This document shows positions 16,818 through 28,213 of a stretch of DNA of 64,000 bases, piece by piece. The notes beneath the pieces were generated by a model, which did no database searches, was not told the DNA's origin, and saw nothing but the letters and a program-made list of their open reading frames with translations. Every line of letters starts with the position of its first letter. Positions within the stretch are counted from its first letter, which is position 1. A program made the position numbers and the translations under genes. The stretch comes from Alphaproteobacteria bacterium (GTDB taxonomy: Bacteria > Pseudomonadota > Alphaproteobacteria > UBA2966 > CAIVPW01), in contig CANKGV010000003.1 of assembly GCA_947481575.1 (NCBI GenBank), forward strand, positions 51,934-115,933. Direction: 5' to 3'.

Positions 16818-18734
16818 ATGCCCTACACACGCGACACCGCCCTGCTCGACACCGTCAAGTCGCCCGCCGAACTGCGGGAGCTGGAGCCCAATCAATTGGG
16901 CCAACTGGCGGACGAGGTGCGTGGTGAAATCATCCGCACCGTGGCGCGGACCGGCGGACACCTTGGAGCGGGTCTGGGCGTCGTCGAACTCACGGTTGCC
17001 CTGCACTACGTGTTCGACACGCCCACGGACCGGTTGATCTGGGACGTGGGTCACCAGGCGCACGCCCACAAGATTTTGACCGGCCGCCGGGCGCGCCTGC
17101 ACACGATGCGGCAGGCCGGCGGGCTGGCGGGCTTCACCCGGCGCGCCGAGAGCGAGTACGACCCGTTCGGCGCCGGGCACAGTTCGACTTCGATTTCGGC
17201 CGGGCTGGGCATGGCGGTGGCGCGCGATCTGGCGGGCCAGGACCACAACGTGGTGTGCGTGATCGGCGACGGTGCGATGACTGCCGGCATGGCGTTCGAG
17301 GCCATGAACAACGCCGGTGCAATGGCGAGCCGGCTGATCGTCGTGCTCAACGACAACGACATGTCGATCGCGCGCAATGTCGGCGCGATGCGCGCGTACC
17401 TTTCGCGGCTGATTTCTTCGCGGCAGTACCGCGATTTCCGCGGCATCGCCAAGCGGGTCGCCAAACGTCTGCCGCGCACGGTGGAGCGCACGGCGCAGCG
17501 GGCGGAGGAATACGTGCGCGGGTTGGCGACCGGCGGCACGTTGTTCGAAGAACTGGGCTTCTACTACATCGGGCCGCTCGACGGCCACAACATCGACCGC
17601 CTGCTGCCGGTGTTGCGCAACGTGCGCGACTTCCGCGGCGAGGGCCCGGTGCTGGTGCACGTGCGGACCCAAAAGGGCAAGGGCTACGGCCCCGCCGAGG
17701 ATTCGCACGACAAGTTCCACGGCGTCGGCAAGTTCGACGTGGTGACCGGCGCGCAGATCGGACAGCGCCCGGCGTTGCCGACCTACACCCAGGTGTTTTC
17801 CGATGCGCTGGTCTCCGAAGCCGAGCGCGACCCGCGCATCGTCGCGATCACCGCCGCAATGCCGCACGGCACCGGGCTGGACAAGTTCGCCGCGCGGTTC
17901 CCGGAGCGCTGCTTCGACGTGGGCATTGCCGAGCAGCATGCGGTGACCTTTGCCGCGGGCCTGGCGGCAGAGGGCTACAAGCCGTTCGCGGCGCTGTATT
18001 CCACGTTCTTGCAACGCGCCTACGATCAGGTGGTGCACGACGTTGCGGTGCAGCGCCTGCCGGTGCGCTTCGCGGTAGACCGGGCCGGACTGGTCGGCGC
18101 CGATGGCCCTACGCACGCTGGATCGTTCGATATCGGGTTCCTCTCGGCGCTGCCCGGCTTCGTGGTCATGGGCGCGGGCGATGAGGCGGACCTGGCGCGC
18201 ATGGTGGCGACCGCCGTGGCGATCGACGACCGGCCCTCGGCAGTCCGCTATCCGCGCGGCGAGGGCGTCGGCATGCCGGTGCCGCTCCAGGCGGAGCCGC
18301 TGGAGGTTGGCCGCGGCCGGGTGCTGCGCGAGGGCGCCGCGCTTGCCATCCTGTCGTTCGGCGCACGCTTGGCGGATGCGCTGAAGGCGGCGACGGAGCT
18401 GGACGCCATGGGGTTCACGACGACGGTTGCCGACGCTCGGTTCGCGCGGCCGATGGACTACGATTTGGTGCGCCGCTTGGCCGCGAACCATCCGCTGCTG
18501 ATCACCCTGGAAGAAGGGGCTTCCGGCGGGTTCGGGGCGCATGTGCTGGAATACCTGGCCGAGCACGACCTGCTGAAAGCAGGTCTGAAGGTGCGCCCGA
18601 TGTTCCTGCCCGACCGGTTCTTGGAACACGACACGCCGGCGGGTCAGCTTCGCACGGCGGGGTTGGACACCGCCGGTATCGTCGCCACGGCGCTTGCGGT
18701 GGTTGCCGCCGGTGCCCGGGAGGCGCGCGCCTAA
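16818..18734 (+). CDS. dxs: 1-deoxy-D-xylulose-5-phosphate synthase
   Basis: Start reassigned to ATG 16818 ([16 protein letters not shown]); TPP motif [18 protein letters not shown]; classic xseB-ispA-dxs order. Confidence 0.9.
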   Translation: MPYTRDTALLDTVKSPAELRELEPNQLGQLADEVRGEIIRTVARTGGHLGAGLGVVELTVALHYVFDTPTDRLIWDVGHQAHAHKILTGRRARLHTMRQAGGLAGFTRRAESEYDPFGAGHSSTSISAGLGMAVARDLAGQDHNVVCVIGDGAMTAGMAFEAMNNAGAMASRLIVVLNDNDMSIARNVGAMRAYLSRLISSRQYRDFRGIAKRVAKRLPRTVERTAQRAEEYVRGLATGGTLFEELGFYYIGPLDGHNIDRLLPVLRNVRDFRGEGPVLVHVRTQKGKGYGPAEDSHDKFHGVGKFDVVTGAQIGQRPALPTYTQVFSDALVSEAERDPRIVAITAAMPHGTGLDKFAARFPERCFDVGIAEQHAVTFAAGLAAEGYKPFAALYSTFLQRAYDQVVHDVAVQRLPVRFAVDRAGLVGADGPTHAGSFDIGFLSALPGFVVMGAGDEADLARMVATAVAIDDRPSAVRYPRGEGVGMPVPLQAEPLEVGRGRVLREGAALAILSFGARLADALKAATELDAMGFTTTVADARFARPMDYDLVRRLAANHPLLITLEEGASGGFGAHVLEYLAEHDLLKAGLKVRPMFLPDRFLEHDTPAGQLRTAGLDTAGIVATALAVVAAGAREARA

Positions 18735-18744
18735 CGAGCCCGCG

Positions 18745-19500
18745 ATGAGCGGGGTGGTGAAGCAGCGGCTCGACGTATTGTTGGTGGCGCGCGGCCTGGC
18801 CGAAACGCGGGCCCGCGCGCACGCGCTCGTGCTGGCCGGGCTGGTGTTCAGCGGCGAGCAGAGGCTCGATAAGCCGGGACTGACGGTGCGCGAGGACGTG
18901 GACCTCGAAGTGCGCGGGGCGCCGCACCCGTGGGTCAGCCGGGGTGGCGTCAAACTCGCCCACGCGCTGGAACACTTTCGCCTGGATCCCACCGGCGCGG
19001 TCGCCGTCGATGTGGGGGCGTCGACCGGCGGGTTCACCGATGTGCTGCTGACGCATGGAGCCGCGAAGGTTTATGCGGTCGACGTCGGCCGCGCGCAGTT
19101 GGCGTGGAAGTTGCGCCAGGATCCGCGCGTGGTGGTATTGGAAGGCGTCAACGCGCGCACCCTGAGCAGCGCCGAGATTCCCGAACCGCCGGATTGGATC
19201 GTGTGCGATGCAAGCTTCATCGGCCTGGAAGTGTTGTTGCCCGCCGCTCTTGCGCTTGCTGCGCCGCGCGCAACACTCGTGGCGTTGATCAAGCCGCAAT
19301 TCGAGGTCGGGGCGTCCCGGGTGGGGAAGGGCGGGGTCGTGCGCGACCCGGCCCTGCACGTCGAGGTGTGCGAGCGCGTGCGTGGCTGGGTCGCGGGGCG
19401 CGGCTGGAGCGTGCTCGGCATTGCCGAGAGCCCAATCCAGGGACCGGCGGGCAACCGCGAGTTCCTGATCGCGGCCGAGCGGGGCCGGCCAAGCCAATGA
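18745..19500 (+). CDS. tlyA: TlyA-family rRNA 2'-O-methyltransferase (hemolysin A-like)
   Basis: S4-like N-terminus RLDVLLVARGLAETRARA, FtsJ-like VDVGASTGGFTDVLL. Confidence 0.8.
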   Translation: MSGVVKQRLDVLLVARGLAETRARAHALVLAGLVFSGEQRLDKPGLTVREDVDLEVRGAPHPWVSRGGVKLAHALEHFRLDPTGAVAVDVGASTGGFTDVLLTHGAAKVYAVDVGRAQLAWKLRQDPRVVVLEGVNARTLSSAEIPEPPDWIVCDASFIGLEVLLPAALALAAPRATLVALIKPQFEVGASRVGKGGVVRDPALHVEVCERVRGWVAGRGWSVLGIAESPIQGPAGNREFLIAAERGRPSQ

Positions 19501-20777
19501 CCGATACGATCGAGGTAACGATCGACGCGGTCGGCGCACGCGGCGACGGGCTGGCGCGGGCGCCCGATGGGACCGCGCTATTTGTGCCGTTCACCGTCCC
19601 GGGCGACCGGGTGCGCGTCCGCAGTGGGCAGGCACGGGCCGGCGGTGCGGTGGCCGAGGTGGTGGAATTGCTGGCGGCGGGCAGCGAGCGTGTTGCGGCC
19701 CGGTGCGCCCACTACGCCGATTGCGGCGGCTGTTCGCTGCAACATTGGTCCGACGCGGCGGTGCTGGAGTGGAAACGCGGCGAGGTGCGCGCGGCGCTCG
19801 CTCACCGCGCTTTGGAGACGGCGGTCGCCCCGACGCTGGCGACACCGCCGGGGGAGCGCCGCAGGGCGCGGCTGGCGGTGCGGCGCGATGGCGATGCCAT
19901 TGCGCTCGGGTTCCGCGCGCGGGCGAGCCGGCGGGTGGTGCCGGTCGGCCGGTGTCCGGTGTTGGCGCCGGGGCTGCAGATGCTGTTGGTGCCGCTGCGA
20001 GAGTTCGCGAGTGCGATGCTGCGGTCCGACGAGGAAGCACAGTTCGAACTGACCCAGACCGAAGGCGGCGTCGACCTGGTGATTGAGCGTGCCCGCCGGC
20101 CGGGTGCCGACGTGGTTTCGGCGGCTGCGGCATTTGCCAGGGCGCATCGTCTGGCGCGCGTGAGCTGGCGTGCGGACTCGGCGGGCGACGCAGACTTGGT
20201 GGTGCGGCAGGCGGCGGCGGAAGTCGTGTTCGGCGGTGTCCCGGTCGAGATTCCGGCCGGGGCGTTCATCCAAGCGAGCCCGGCGGCCGAGGCGGCGCTG
20301 GTGGGCGAAGTGCGGGCCGCAACGGCGAAGGCCCGGCGGGTGGCCGATCTGTTTGCTGGATGCGGGGCGTTTACCTTCCCCTTGGCGCTGCACGCGCGGG
20401 TGCACGCGGTGGAATCCAATGCGGCGGCGGTCGCGGCAATTGCGGCGGCAGCGTCCGGGCGGAGCGGCGTCAGCGTCACGGCAGAAGTGCGCGACTTGGA
20501 ACGGCGGCCCCTGATGGCCGATGAACTGGCCAAGTACGACGCCGTCGTGCTCGACCCGCCGCGTCCCGGCGCACGGGCACAGGCGGAAGCGCTGGCGAAG
20601 TCGGCAGTGCGCACGGTTGCGTATGTTTCGTGCGACATGGGAACGTTCGCCCGCGACGCGCGGCTGTTGGTGGACGGCGGCTACGTGCTGCAGCGGGTAG
20701 TTCCGGTCGATCAGTTCCTGTGGTCGGCACACGTGGAGTTGGTTGGGGTGTTTACCAAGGAGACTAGGCGGCGATGA
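19497..20777 (+). CDS. RlmD/RumA-like 23S rRNA (uracil-5)-methyltransferase (TRAM + Fe-S + SAM MTase)
   Basis: ATGA overlap with tlyA stop; TRAM-like N-terminus, CAHYADCGGCSLQHW cysteine cluster, C-terminal DPPRPG MTase motif. Confidence 0.75.
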   Translation: MTDTIEVTIDAVGARGDGLARAPDGTALFVPFTVPGDRVRVRSGQARAGGAVAEVVELLAAGSERVAARCAHYADCGGCSLQHWSDAAVLEWKRGEVRAALAHRALETAVAPTLATPPGERRRARLAVRRDGDAIALGFRARASRRVVPVGRCPVLAPGLQMLLVPLREFASAMLRSDEEAQFELTQTEGGVDLVIERARRPGADVVSAAAAFARAHRLARVSWRADSAGDADLVVRQAAAEVVFGGVPVEIPAGAFIQASPAAEAALVGEVRAATAKARRVADLFAGCGAFTFPLALHARVHAVESNAAAVAAIAAAASGRSGVSVTAEVRDLERRPLMADELAKYDAVVLDPPRPGARAQAEALAKSAVRTVAYVSCDMGTFARDARLLVDGGYVLQRVVPVDQFLWSAHVELVGVFTKETRRR

Positions 20778-21382
20778 GCGGTACGCTCGATTTCTATTTC
20801 AGCATCGGCAGCCGGTATTCGTACTTGGCTAGTACGCAAGTGGAGGCGCTGGCGGCCGAGTTCGGGCGCACGGTGCGGTGGCGGCCGATCCACAGCCGCG
20901 CGTTGTTCGCTGCCGTGGGCAGCGATCCGTTCAGTGGGCCGCCGGCATCGCGCCAGTACCAGCCGGAGTACCGCTCGCGCGACGCGAAGCGCTGGGCGGA
21001 CCTGTACGGCGTGCCCTACACCGATCCCGATTGGGAACACACCGATTGGTTCCGCATCGCCCTCGCCCTGGTGGCGGTAAGTCGCAACCGCGACTGTGCG
21101 CCGTTCGCCAAGGCCCTGTATGCCGCAACATTCGGCGCCGGCAAGGCGCCGGCCAACGACAAGGAGTTGGTTGCGATCGCCGAGGGCGCGGGGTGTTCGG
21201 GCGCCGAAGTGTTGCGCTCGGTCGACGCGCCGACGACCGCGGTGACTCACGAACGGATCGTCGCCGAGGCGGTGAAGGCCGGTGCGTTCGGGGTGCCGAC
21301 GATGGTGGTCGACGGCGAAGCGTTTTGGGGCAATGACCGGTTGCCGCTGGTGCGGCACCGGTTGCAGCAACAGAAGACCTAG
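20774..21382 (+). CDS. 2-hydroxychromene-2-carboxylate isomerase / DsbA-like thioredoxin-fold protein
   Basis: [17 protein letters not shown]-terminus typical of the HCCA isomerase family; 4-nt overlap with upstream gene. Confidence 0.6.
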   Translation: MSGTLDFYFSIGSRYSYLASTQVEALAAEFGRTVRWRPIHSRALFAAVGSDPFSGPPASRQYQPEYRSRDAKRWADLYGVPYTDPDWEHTDWFRIALALVAVSRNRDCAPFAKALYAATFGAGKAPANDKELVAIAEGAGCSGAEVLRSVDAPTTAVTHERIVAEAVKAGAFGVPTMVVDGEAFWGNDRLPLVRHRLQQQKT

Positions 21383-22449
21383 CCGACCTGGCCGCGGTGC
21401 AGGAGCATGTGGTCGGCGAGTACGACGGCCAGCATCGCCTCCCCCACCGGTACCGCGCGGATGCCGACGCACGGATCGTGCCGCCCTTTGGTGGCGATGT
21501 CGGCGTCGGCGCCCGATTGGGTGACGGTACGGCGCGGCGTGGGCAGGCTCGACGTCGGCTTCACCGCGAACCGCACCACGATGTCCTGGCCGCTGGAAAT
21601 GCCGCCCAAGATGCCGCCCGCGTAGTTGGACAGGAAGGCGACCTTGCCGTTCTGCATGCGCATTTCGTCGGAGTTCACTTCGCCGCGCAGCGACGCCGCG
21701 CCGAAGCCGGCGCCGATCTCCACTCCCTTTACCGCGTTGATGCTCATCATGGCGGAGGCTAGGTCGGCGTCGAGCTTGGCGTAGAGCGGTGCGCCCCAGC
21801 CCGCAGGAACCCCTTCGGCCACGACTTCGATGATGGCGCCCACCGAGGATTGCTCCGAGCGCACCTCGTCGAGGTACTTCTCCCAGTGCGATACAACATC
21901 CGCGTCGGGCGAGAAGAACGGGTTGTTGCCGACTTCGTCCCAATTCCAGCGGGACCGGTCGATGGTCTCCGTCCCCATCTGCACCATGGCGCCGCGGATG
22001 CGGACCCCGTCTCCCAGCACCTTGCGGGCAACCGCGCCGGCGGCGACCCGCGAGGCGGTTTCGCGGGCGCTGGAGCGCCCGCCGCCGCGGTAGTCGCGGA
22101 TGCCGTACTTTTGGTCGTAGGTGTAGTCGGCGTGGCCGGGCCGGTACTTATCTTTGATGTCGCCGTAGTCCTTGGACCGTGCGTCGACGTTGTCGATCAT
22201 CAGGCTGACGGGCGCGCCGGTGGTCTGACCCTCGAACACGCCGGACAGGATGCGAACCTGATCCGGCTCGCGGCGCTGAGTCACGAATCGCGACGTGCCG
22301 GGTTTGCGGCGATCGAGGTAGGGCTGGATGTCGGCTTCGCTGAGTGCCAAGCGCGGCGGCACGCCGTCGACGACGCAGCCGATGGCGGGCCCGTGGCTTT
22401 CGCCCCAGGTGGTGAAGCTGAACAGGCGCCCGAAGGTATTGAGCGACAT
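21379..22449 (-). CDS. aroC: chorismate synthase
   Basis: Start reassigned to ATG 22449 ([20 protein letters not shown]); [10 protein letters not shown] motif. Confidence 0.9.
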   Translation of the reverse strand: MSLNTFGRLFSFTTWGESHGPAIGCVVDGVPPRLALSEADIQPYLDRRKPGTSRFVTQRREPDQVRILSGVFEGQTTGAPVSLMIDNVDARSKDYGDIKDKYRPGHADYTYDQKYGIRDYRGGGRSSARETASRVAAGAVARKVLGDGVRIRGAMVQMGTETIDRSRWNWDEVGNNPFFSPDADVVSHWEKYLDEVRSEQSSVGAIIEVVAEGVPAGWGAPLYAKLDADLASAMMSINAVKGVEIGAGFGAASLRGEVNSDEMRMQNGKVAFLSNYAGGILGGISSGQDIVVRFAVKPTSSLPTPRRTVTQSGADADIATKGRHDPCVGIRAVPVGEAMLAVVLADHMLLHRGQVG

Positions 22450-22460
22450 CGGTGGCGAGA

Positions 22461-23288
22461 TCAGCCTTCTTGCGCGATGACGACGGCGATGTCGGGCGCG
22501 TCGACCCGCTTCATGCCGTTGATGTGGTAGCCGGCGTCGACGTGGTGCACTTCGCCGGTGACGGCGCGCGAGAGGTCGCTCAGCAGGTACAAGGCCGAGG
22601 CGCCGACGTCTTCGATGGTCACGTTGCGGCGCAACGCGGAGTTCAGCTCGCTCCACTTGAGGATGTAGCGGAAGTCGCCGATCGCCGAACTGGCCAGGGT
22701 CTTGAGCGGGCCCGCCGAGATTGCGTTGACGCGGATGTTGTTCGCGCCCAGGTCCATGGCCAGGTATTTGACCGACGCTTCCAGCGCTGCCTTGGCCACG
22801 CCCATGACGTTGTAGTGCGGCATAACCTTTTCGGCGCCGTAGTAGGACAGCGTGAGCAAGCTGCCGCCATTGGTCATCAGCGGCTCGGCGCGTTTGGCGA
22901 CGGCGGTGAACGTGAAACAGCTCGTGTTCATCGTGAGCTGGAAGTTCTCAGGCGTCGTGTCGACGTAGCGGCCCTTCAATTCTTCTTTGCGCGAGAAGGC
23001 GATGGCGTGGACGACGAAGTCGAGGCGGCCCCAAGTCTTGGCCAGCGTGTCGAACGTGCGGTCGAGGTCGGCGGCGCTGTTGGCGTCGCACGGCAGGATC
23101 ACTTTGGAGCCGACTTGTTCGGCGAGCGGACGCACCCGCTTTTCCAGGGTTTCGCCCATATAGGTGAATGCAAGTTCGGCACCGTGGTCGGCGCACGCTT
23201 TGGCGATGCCCCAGGCCAATGAGCGGTCGTTGGCGACCCCCATGATCAGTCCGCGCTTGCCGGCCATGAGTTGAACCGGGTCGGCCAT
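22461..23288 (-). CDS. fabI: enoyl-[acyl-carrier-protein] reductase (NADH)
   Basis: [22 protein letters not shown]-terminus and [23 protein letters not shown] catalytic region. Confidence 0.9.
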   Translation of the reverse strand: MADPVQLMAGKRGLIMGVANDRSLAWGIAKACADHGAELAFTYMGETLEKRVRPLAEQVGSKVILPCDANSAADLDRTFDTLAKTWGRLDFVVHAIAFSRKEELKGRYVDTTPENFQLTMNTSCFTFTAVAKRAEPLMTNGGSLLTLSYYGAEKVMPHYNVMGVAKAALEASVKYLAMDLGANNIRVNAISAGPLKTLASSAIGDFRYILKWSELNSALRRNVTIEDVGASALYLLSDLSRAVTGEVHHVDAGYHINGMKRVDAPDIAVVIAQEG

Positions 23289-23366
23289 CGCGTACTCCTG
23301 TCAATCAACCGGGATGACGCAATCTACACACGATTGCGGACGGCGCAAAAAGGATTGCGTGGAGGA

Positions 23367-24344
23367 CTAGCCGCGCAACTTGCGGCGTGGGTCGTAAGGG
23401 TGAGCCGCGGACCAGCGGCCGACGAATTCGGTCAATTCTGGGTCCACGGCCTCGGGCAGCGCAACCACGAGGTGGACGTATTGGTTCCCGGCGTCTTTGC
23501 CCTTGCGGCGCACGCCTTGTTCCTTGAGGCGCAAGGTGCTGCCGCTGTTGGACCCCGCGGGGATGCCGAGGGTCACCGAGCCGTGGATCGTCGGCACCGC
23601 GATCTTGGCGCCTTGGAGCGCTTCGCCGAGGGTTACCGGCAAGTCCATATGAATGTCGTCGCCCTCGCGCCGGAACGTAGGGTGCGGCGCCACGCGCACG
23701 GTGATCAAGACGTCGCCGACGCCGGACGGGGACTGGGCTTGGCCACGCAGGCGCACCGCCTGGCCGGTCTCGATCCCCGCCGGGATCGCGACGTCGAGAC
23801 TGCGGCCATCGACCTGGACCCGGCGGGTGGCGCCGTTGACCGATTCCAGGAAGCCGATCTCCATCTCGGTCGCGGCATCGGGTCCGCGGCCACGGCCACG
23901 CTTAGCCCCACCGGCTTCGCGAGCGCCGCCGAACAGGGGCGAAAACAGGTCGTCGAAGCTGAAGCCGAAGCCGCTCGCATTGGGATCGAACGGACCTTCG
24001 CCGCCGGGCGGAATGGGACCTGCGCCGGCCCGGGACCGTGGGCCACCTTGGCCGGGGAAACCGAAGCCTTCCGGGCTGAACCCGCGCGGAGCGCCCTGTT
24101 GGAACCCGGCGTGGACGCGTTCGCGGCCATCGCTGTCGATCTCGCCGCGGTCGAAGCGCGCCCGCTGCTTCGCGTCGCCGACGATGCCGTATGCGGCGTT
24201 GATCTCCTTAAACCGTTCGACGGCCTTGGCGTCGCCGGGGTGGCGATCAGGGTGATTGTCCTTCGCCAGGTTCCGGTACTTCTTCTTGATCTCGGCCTGT
24301 GTCGCGGTTCGCGGCAAGCCAAGAACTTCGTACGGATTTCTCAT
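23367..24344 (-). CDS. cbpA: DnaJ-domain protein (CbpA-like curved-DNA-binding co-chaperone)
   Basis: J-domain YEVLGLPRTATQAEIKKKYRNLAKDNHPDR with HPD; Gly/Phe-rich linker; DnaJ C-terminal domains, no Zn finger. Confidence 0.7.
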   Translation of the reverse strand: MRNPYEVLGLPRTATQAEIKKKYRNLAKDNHPDRHPGDAKAVERFKEINAAYGIVGDAKQRARFDRGEIDSDGRERVHAGFQQGAPRGFSPEGFGFPGQGGPRSRAGAGPIPPGGEGPFDPNASGFGFSFDDLFSPLFGGAREAGGAKRGRGRGPDAATEMEIGFLESVNGATRRVQVDGRSLDVAIPAGIETGQAVRLRGQAQSPSGVGDVLITVRVAPHPTFRREGDDIHMDLPVTLGEALQGAKIAVPTIHGSVTLGIPAGSNSGSTLRLKEQGVRRKGKDAGNQYVHLVVALPEAVDPELTEFVGRWSAAHPYDPRRKLRG

Positions 24345-24441
24345 TCAGCGACCCTGCGCGTAACCCGGTGCGGCGAGCTCACGGGAGCCCGTTGGGGATG
24401 TGGCGCGCCCATCCCCCGGAGGCAAGTGCGGCGGCGCAGGT

Positions 24442-24921
24442 TCAGCCCTGAATCTTCCAGGACCCGTCAGGCTGGCGGCAGGCAGTCCCGTAAGCTTGTT
24501 CGGTCTGGCCGCCGATGGTCACGGTCTGCTGGTATTCGCGGCAATAGATGCCGGGGCGCGGCTCCGTGGTATTGCGCGGCGTAATCGTGCCGGCGTGGCC
24601 GTTGTCCGGGTTGCGCCATTGGGTGGTCTGGTTGCTCGGCACCTCGTTCAGAGCGTGCTCGGTTTCCTGCGCCATCAGTTGGCGGTCGACCGCATCCATC
24701 GAGCGGCCGACATTGCCGCCGATGGCGCCGCCGAGCAGCGCGCCGACGCCGATCATGACGTCACGGCCACCGCCCTTGCCGAACTGCGCGCCGGCGAGGC
24801 CGCCGGCGATCGCTCCCAACAGGGTACCCGCTTGTTCATTCGGGCCGGCGCCGGCGCAGCCAGCCAGTCCGAGCATGGCAACGGCCACCACGGTGGCTGT
24901 GGCGGAGGTAACAATGCGCAT
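24442..24921 (-). CDS. glycine-zipper outer-membrane lipoprotein (17-kDa surface-antigen-like)
   Basis: Start reassigned to ATG 24921 with GAGGAAA SD; lipobox LAGC; GxxxG glycine-zipper region; C-terminal YCREYQQTV...GTACRQPDGSWKI. Confidence 0.5.
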   Translation of the reverse strand: MRIVTSATATVVAVAMLGLAGCAGAGPNEQAGTLLGAIAGGLAGAQFGKGGGRDVMIGVGALLGGAIGGNVGRSMDAVDRQLMAQETEHALNEVPSNQTTQWRNPDNGHAGTITPRNTTEPRPGIYCREYQQTVTIGGQTEQAYGTACRQPDGSWKIQG

Positions 24922-25140
24922 CTTTAGGTTTCCTCGCGGTTGGATGGAATTGGGCGTCCCCCGAGCTTGAGGACAATCATAACAGTTTCGTGAGCGCGGA
25001 CCAATTGTACCCGTGCGTGCTTCCGCCACACTTGCGGCGCATTTCGCTTGGCTACCGCGGGCGTCCATCGACAACAGGATGGCCCCGTCGATACAATCCG
25101 CGCGCCGGCGTCGCGTCGGTTCGTAGGGGCCGGTGCAGGG

Positions 25141-25734
25141 ATGACGCAGGGCGATTCTGTCGATCCGATCGCGCGGTTTGCCGATTGGATGGAGGAAGCG
25201 GCTAAGTCTGAGCCGTCGAACCCGAATGCGATGGCGCTGGCGACCACGACCCCGGACGGGATTCCGTCGGTGCGGATGGTTCTGTTGAAGGGCGCCGACA
25301 CGCGCGGGTTCACGTTCTACACCAACCTTGAAAGCCGGAAGGGCGGCGAACTGCGGTCGAACCCGCATGCCGCACTGTGCTTCTACTGGAAGTCGCTGGA
25401 GCGGCAAGTGCGGGTGGAAGGGCGGATCGAAGCGGTTGACGCGGCCGAAGCGGACGAATACTTCGCCTCACGGCCGCGGCAGTCGCGCATCGGCGCGTGG
25501 GCCTCCAAACAGTCCCGCCCGATGGTGGGGATGTTCGAGCTGGAGCGCGAGGTCGCGAAAGCGGCGGCGAAGTTTGCCGTGGGCGAAGTGCCCAGACCGC
25601 CGCATTGGTCGGGGTTCCGGTTGGTGCCGGCGCGGATTGAGTTCTGGCGGGAGCGGCCATTCCGGCTCCATGAACGGATCGTATTTCGCCGTGCCGAGGC
25701 CGGCGGTTGGACGACAGAGGAGTTGTATCCATGA
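25141..25734 (+). CDS. pdxH: pyridoxamine 5'-phosphate oxidase
   Basis: [10 protein letters not shown]...[12 protein letters not shown]...PFRLHERI signature; start ATG 25141. Confidence 0.9.
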   Translation: MTQGDSVDPIARFADWMEEAAKSEPSNPNAMALATTTPDGIPSVRMVLLKGADTRGFTFYTNLESRKGGELRSNPHAALCFYWKSLERQVRVEGRIEAVDAAEADEYFASRPRQSRIGAWASKQSRPMVGMFELEREVAKAAAKFAVGEVPRPPHWSGFRLVPARIEFWRERPFRLHERIVFRRAEAGGWTTEELYP

Positions 25735-26669
25735 CGGTGGCGGAGGCCGCGGGCACGGGCGCCCGTCCGGCGGGGAAGACGGCGCACGCGCGGCGCATGC
25801 GATTGGCGACCTATGCATCGATCGCGGTCGCGGCCACGCTGATCATCACGAAGTTCTTCATTTGGCGGATTACCGGTTCGGTTGCACTGCTGAGTTCGTT
25901 GCTGGATTCGGCGCTGGACGTGATGGCATCGCTGATCAACGCGTTCGCAGTTCATCAGGCACTCCAGCCGGCTGACCGCGAACACCGCTTCGGTCACGGC
26001 AAGGCGGAGGCGCTGGCAGCCCTGGCCCAGGCCGTGATCGTCGGCGGATCGGCGATCTTCTTGATCCTGGAAGCGGGCAACCGCTTGGTGCACCCGAAAT
26101 TCATCGAGAACGGCGGCTGGGGCATCGCGGTGATGGCCTTGTCACTGGTGCTCTCGATCGTGTTGGTACGGTTCCAGCGCAAGGTTGTGCGGGAAACCGG
26201 GTCGCTGGCGGTTTCTGCGGATGCGGCGCACTACGCGACCGACACCGTGATCAACGTCGGCGTTCTGGTCGGCCTCGCGCTGATGACGTTTCTCGGGTGG
26301 AGCCTCCTCGATCCGCTCATCGCCATTGCGGTGTCGTTCTATCTGATCGCGACCGCGCTCAAAGTTGCCCGGGCGGCCTTCGACATGCTGATGGACCGCG
26401 AGTTCGGCGACGACGTGCGCAAGACGATCCGCGACACGGTGCTGGCGCATCCCGAGGTGAAGGCGATGCACGACCTGCGCACCCGGTCTTCGGGCATCCA
26501 TTCGTTTATCCAGTTCCACCTGGAAATGGATCCGAAGCTTACCCTCGAAGAAGCACACCGCATCTCCGACGAGGTGGAGCGGTCGCTGTACGTCAAGTTC
26601 CCGCACGCCGAGGTACTCATCCACGAAGACCCGGCCGGGATGGGCGAGAACCGGCCCAGCTTCGCCTGA
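25731..26669 (+). CDS. cation diffusion facilitator family transporter
   Basis: ATGA overlap with pdxH stop; 6 TM helices; [14 protein letters not shown] and [11 protein letters not shown] motifs. Confidence 0.8.
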   Translation: MTVAEAAGTGARPAGKTAHARRMRLATYASIAVAATLIITKFFIWRITGSVALLSSLLDSALDVMASLINAFAVHQALQPADREHRFGHGKAEALAALAQAVIVGGSAIFLILEAGNRLVHPKFIENGGWGIAVMALSLVLSIVLVRFQRKVVRETGSLAVSADAAHYATDTVINVGVLVGLALMTFLGWSLLDPLIAIAVSFYLIATALKVARAAFDMLMDREFGDDVRKTIRDTVLAHPEVKAMHDLRTRSSGIHSFIQFHLEMDPKLTLEEAHRISDEVERSLYVKFPHAEVLIHEDPAGMGENRPSFA

Positions 26670-26674
26670 CCAAC

Positions 26675-28213
26675 TTGGCGGAGAGCGACCAGCGCGAGGT
26701 CGTAGCCTTCCTGTCGCGGCCGGCCGCCTATCCGGGCGCGCCGGCCGTAACTCGCACGCAAACCCACATCTCGCTGGTGTTCCTGGCCGGGTCGCGCGCC
26801 TACAAGATGAAGCGGGCGGTCCGCTTCGACTACCTCGATTTCAGCACTCTCGCGTTGCGCCGCCGGTACGTCGAGGCGGAGGTACGGATCAATCGCCGTA
26901 CCGCACCGGAACTCTATCTTGGCGCGCTCGCGGTGACCCGCGAGCGCGACGGGCGCCTAGCGCTGGGCGGTTCCGGCGAACCGGTCGAGTGGCTGGTCGA
27001 GATGATCCGCTTCGACGCCAGCGCGACGTTTGACCAACTCGCCCTGCATGGCGCCCTGGGCGATGAACTGCTGGACCAGACCGGCCTGGCGATTGCCGCG
27101 TTTCACCACGGCGCCGAGGTCCGGACCGACCCGGGGGCAGGGGCGGCTCTTTCGGAGCTCGTCGATGTGAATGCGCGCCAGCTGGCGGCGGAGGTTGGCC
27201 GCACGTTTGAGTCCGGCGCGGTGGCGAGCCTCAATGACCGTGCCCGCGCTGCAGCCGTCCGGGTCGAGGGCATCCTGGACGCGCGCCGCGCCGCCGGATT
27301 CGTACGGCGCGGGCACGGCGACCTGCATCTGCGCAACATCTGCGCGTACCAGGGCCGCCCGACCCTGTTCGACGCGATCGAGTTCGATGAGCGGCTGGCG
27401 ATCATCGACGTGCTGTTCGATCTCGCGTTTCTGCTGATGGACCTGCTGCATCGCGGGCTCCGGCGCGCGGCGAATCAAGTGTTCAACAAGTACCTTGAGG
27501 TCACCCGCGATTACGACGGCCTAGCGGCGTTGCCGATCTTCCTGTCCGTGCGCGCGGCGATTCGCGCCCATGTATCCGCTGCGGCGGCCCGCACGGCGGC
27601 AGCGGCGGACGCGGACCGGCAGCGTGGCGAGGCGCGCTCGTACTTGAACCTTGCCAGCGAGCTGTTGGTTCCGGCGGCGCCCCGGCTGATTGCCATCGGC
27701 GGCCTGTCGGGCACCGGCAAGACGACACAGGCGCGGCGGCTCGCCCCCGATATCGGACCGGCTCCCGGTGCCGTGGTGCTACGCAGCGACGTGCGCCGGA
27801 AGCAGCGGCTGGGCGCGGCGGAGACCGCCCGGCTCGGGCCGGAGGGGTATCGTCCCGAAGTAACCGAGGCCGTCTATCGCGAGCTTGCGGCCGATGCCGG
27901 GCGCGTCGTGGCCGCCGGCCATGGGGCGGTTGCGGACGCGGTGTTCGCTCGTCCCGACGAGCGAGCGGCGATCGAAGCAGCCGCACGGGCGAGCAAGGCA
28001 GGGTTTACCGGGCTGTGGCTGGAGGCGCCGGAGGCCCAGCTGCAGGCCCGCGTCAGCGCCCGCCGCAACGATGCCTCGGATGCCGACGCCGGTGTGGTTG
28101 CGCGCCAAGCGCACTACGCGCTGGGCTCGGTGGACTGGGCGCGGATCGACGCCAGCGGTGCTGCGGACCAAGTGGCGGCAAGGGTTGCGCGCGTTGTGGG
28201 AGCCGAGCCGTGA
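26675..28213 (+). CDS. bifunctional aminoglycoside-phosphotransferase-like kinase / P-loop ATPase protein; start uncertain (TTG 26675 or CTG 26666; first ATG far downstream)
   Basis: APH-like HGDLHLRNI catalytic loop in N-half; Walker A GGLSGTGKTT in C-half. Confidence 0.6.
   Translation: MAESDQREVVAFLSRPAAYPGAPAVTRTQTHISLVFLAGSRAYKMKRAVRFDYLDFSTLALRRRYVEAEVRINRRTAPELYLGALAVTRERDGRLALGGSGEPVEWLVEMIRFDASATFDQLALHGALGDELLDQTGLAIAAFHHGAEVRTDPGAGAALSELVDVNARQLAAEVGRTFESGAVASLNDRARAAAVRVEGILDARRAAGFVRRGHGDLHLRNICAYQGRPTLFDAIEFDERLAIIDVLFDLAFLLMDLLHRGLRRAANQVFNKYLEVTRDYDGLAALPIFLSVRAAIRAHVSAAAARTAAAADADRQRGEARSYLNLASELLVPAAPRLIAIGGLSGTGKTTQARRLAPDIGPAPGAVVLRSDVRRKQRLGAAETARLGPEGYRPEVTEAVYRELAADAGRVVAAGHGAVADAVFARPDERAAIEAAARASKAGFTGLWLEAPEAQLQARVSARRNDASDADAGVVARQAHYALGSVDWARIDASGAADQVAARVARVVGAEP

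Noticed and set aside
16581-19037. 818-aa minus-strand ORF spanning dxs
   Set aside because: Antisense to a confidently identified dxs; Arg/Pro/Gly-rich composition typical of reverse-frame reading of GC-rich coding DNA
19578-20732. 384-aa minus-strand ORF and several 100-280-aa ORFs over the rlmD-like gene
   Set aside because: All antisense or out-of-frame to the methyltransferase; Arg-rich
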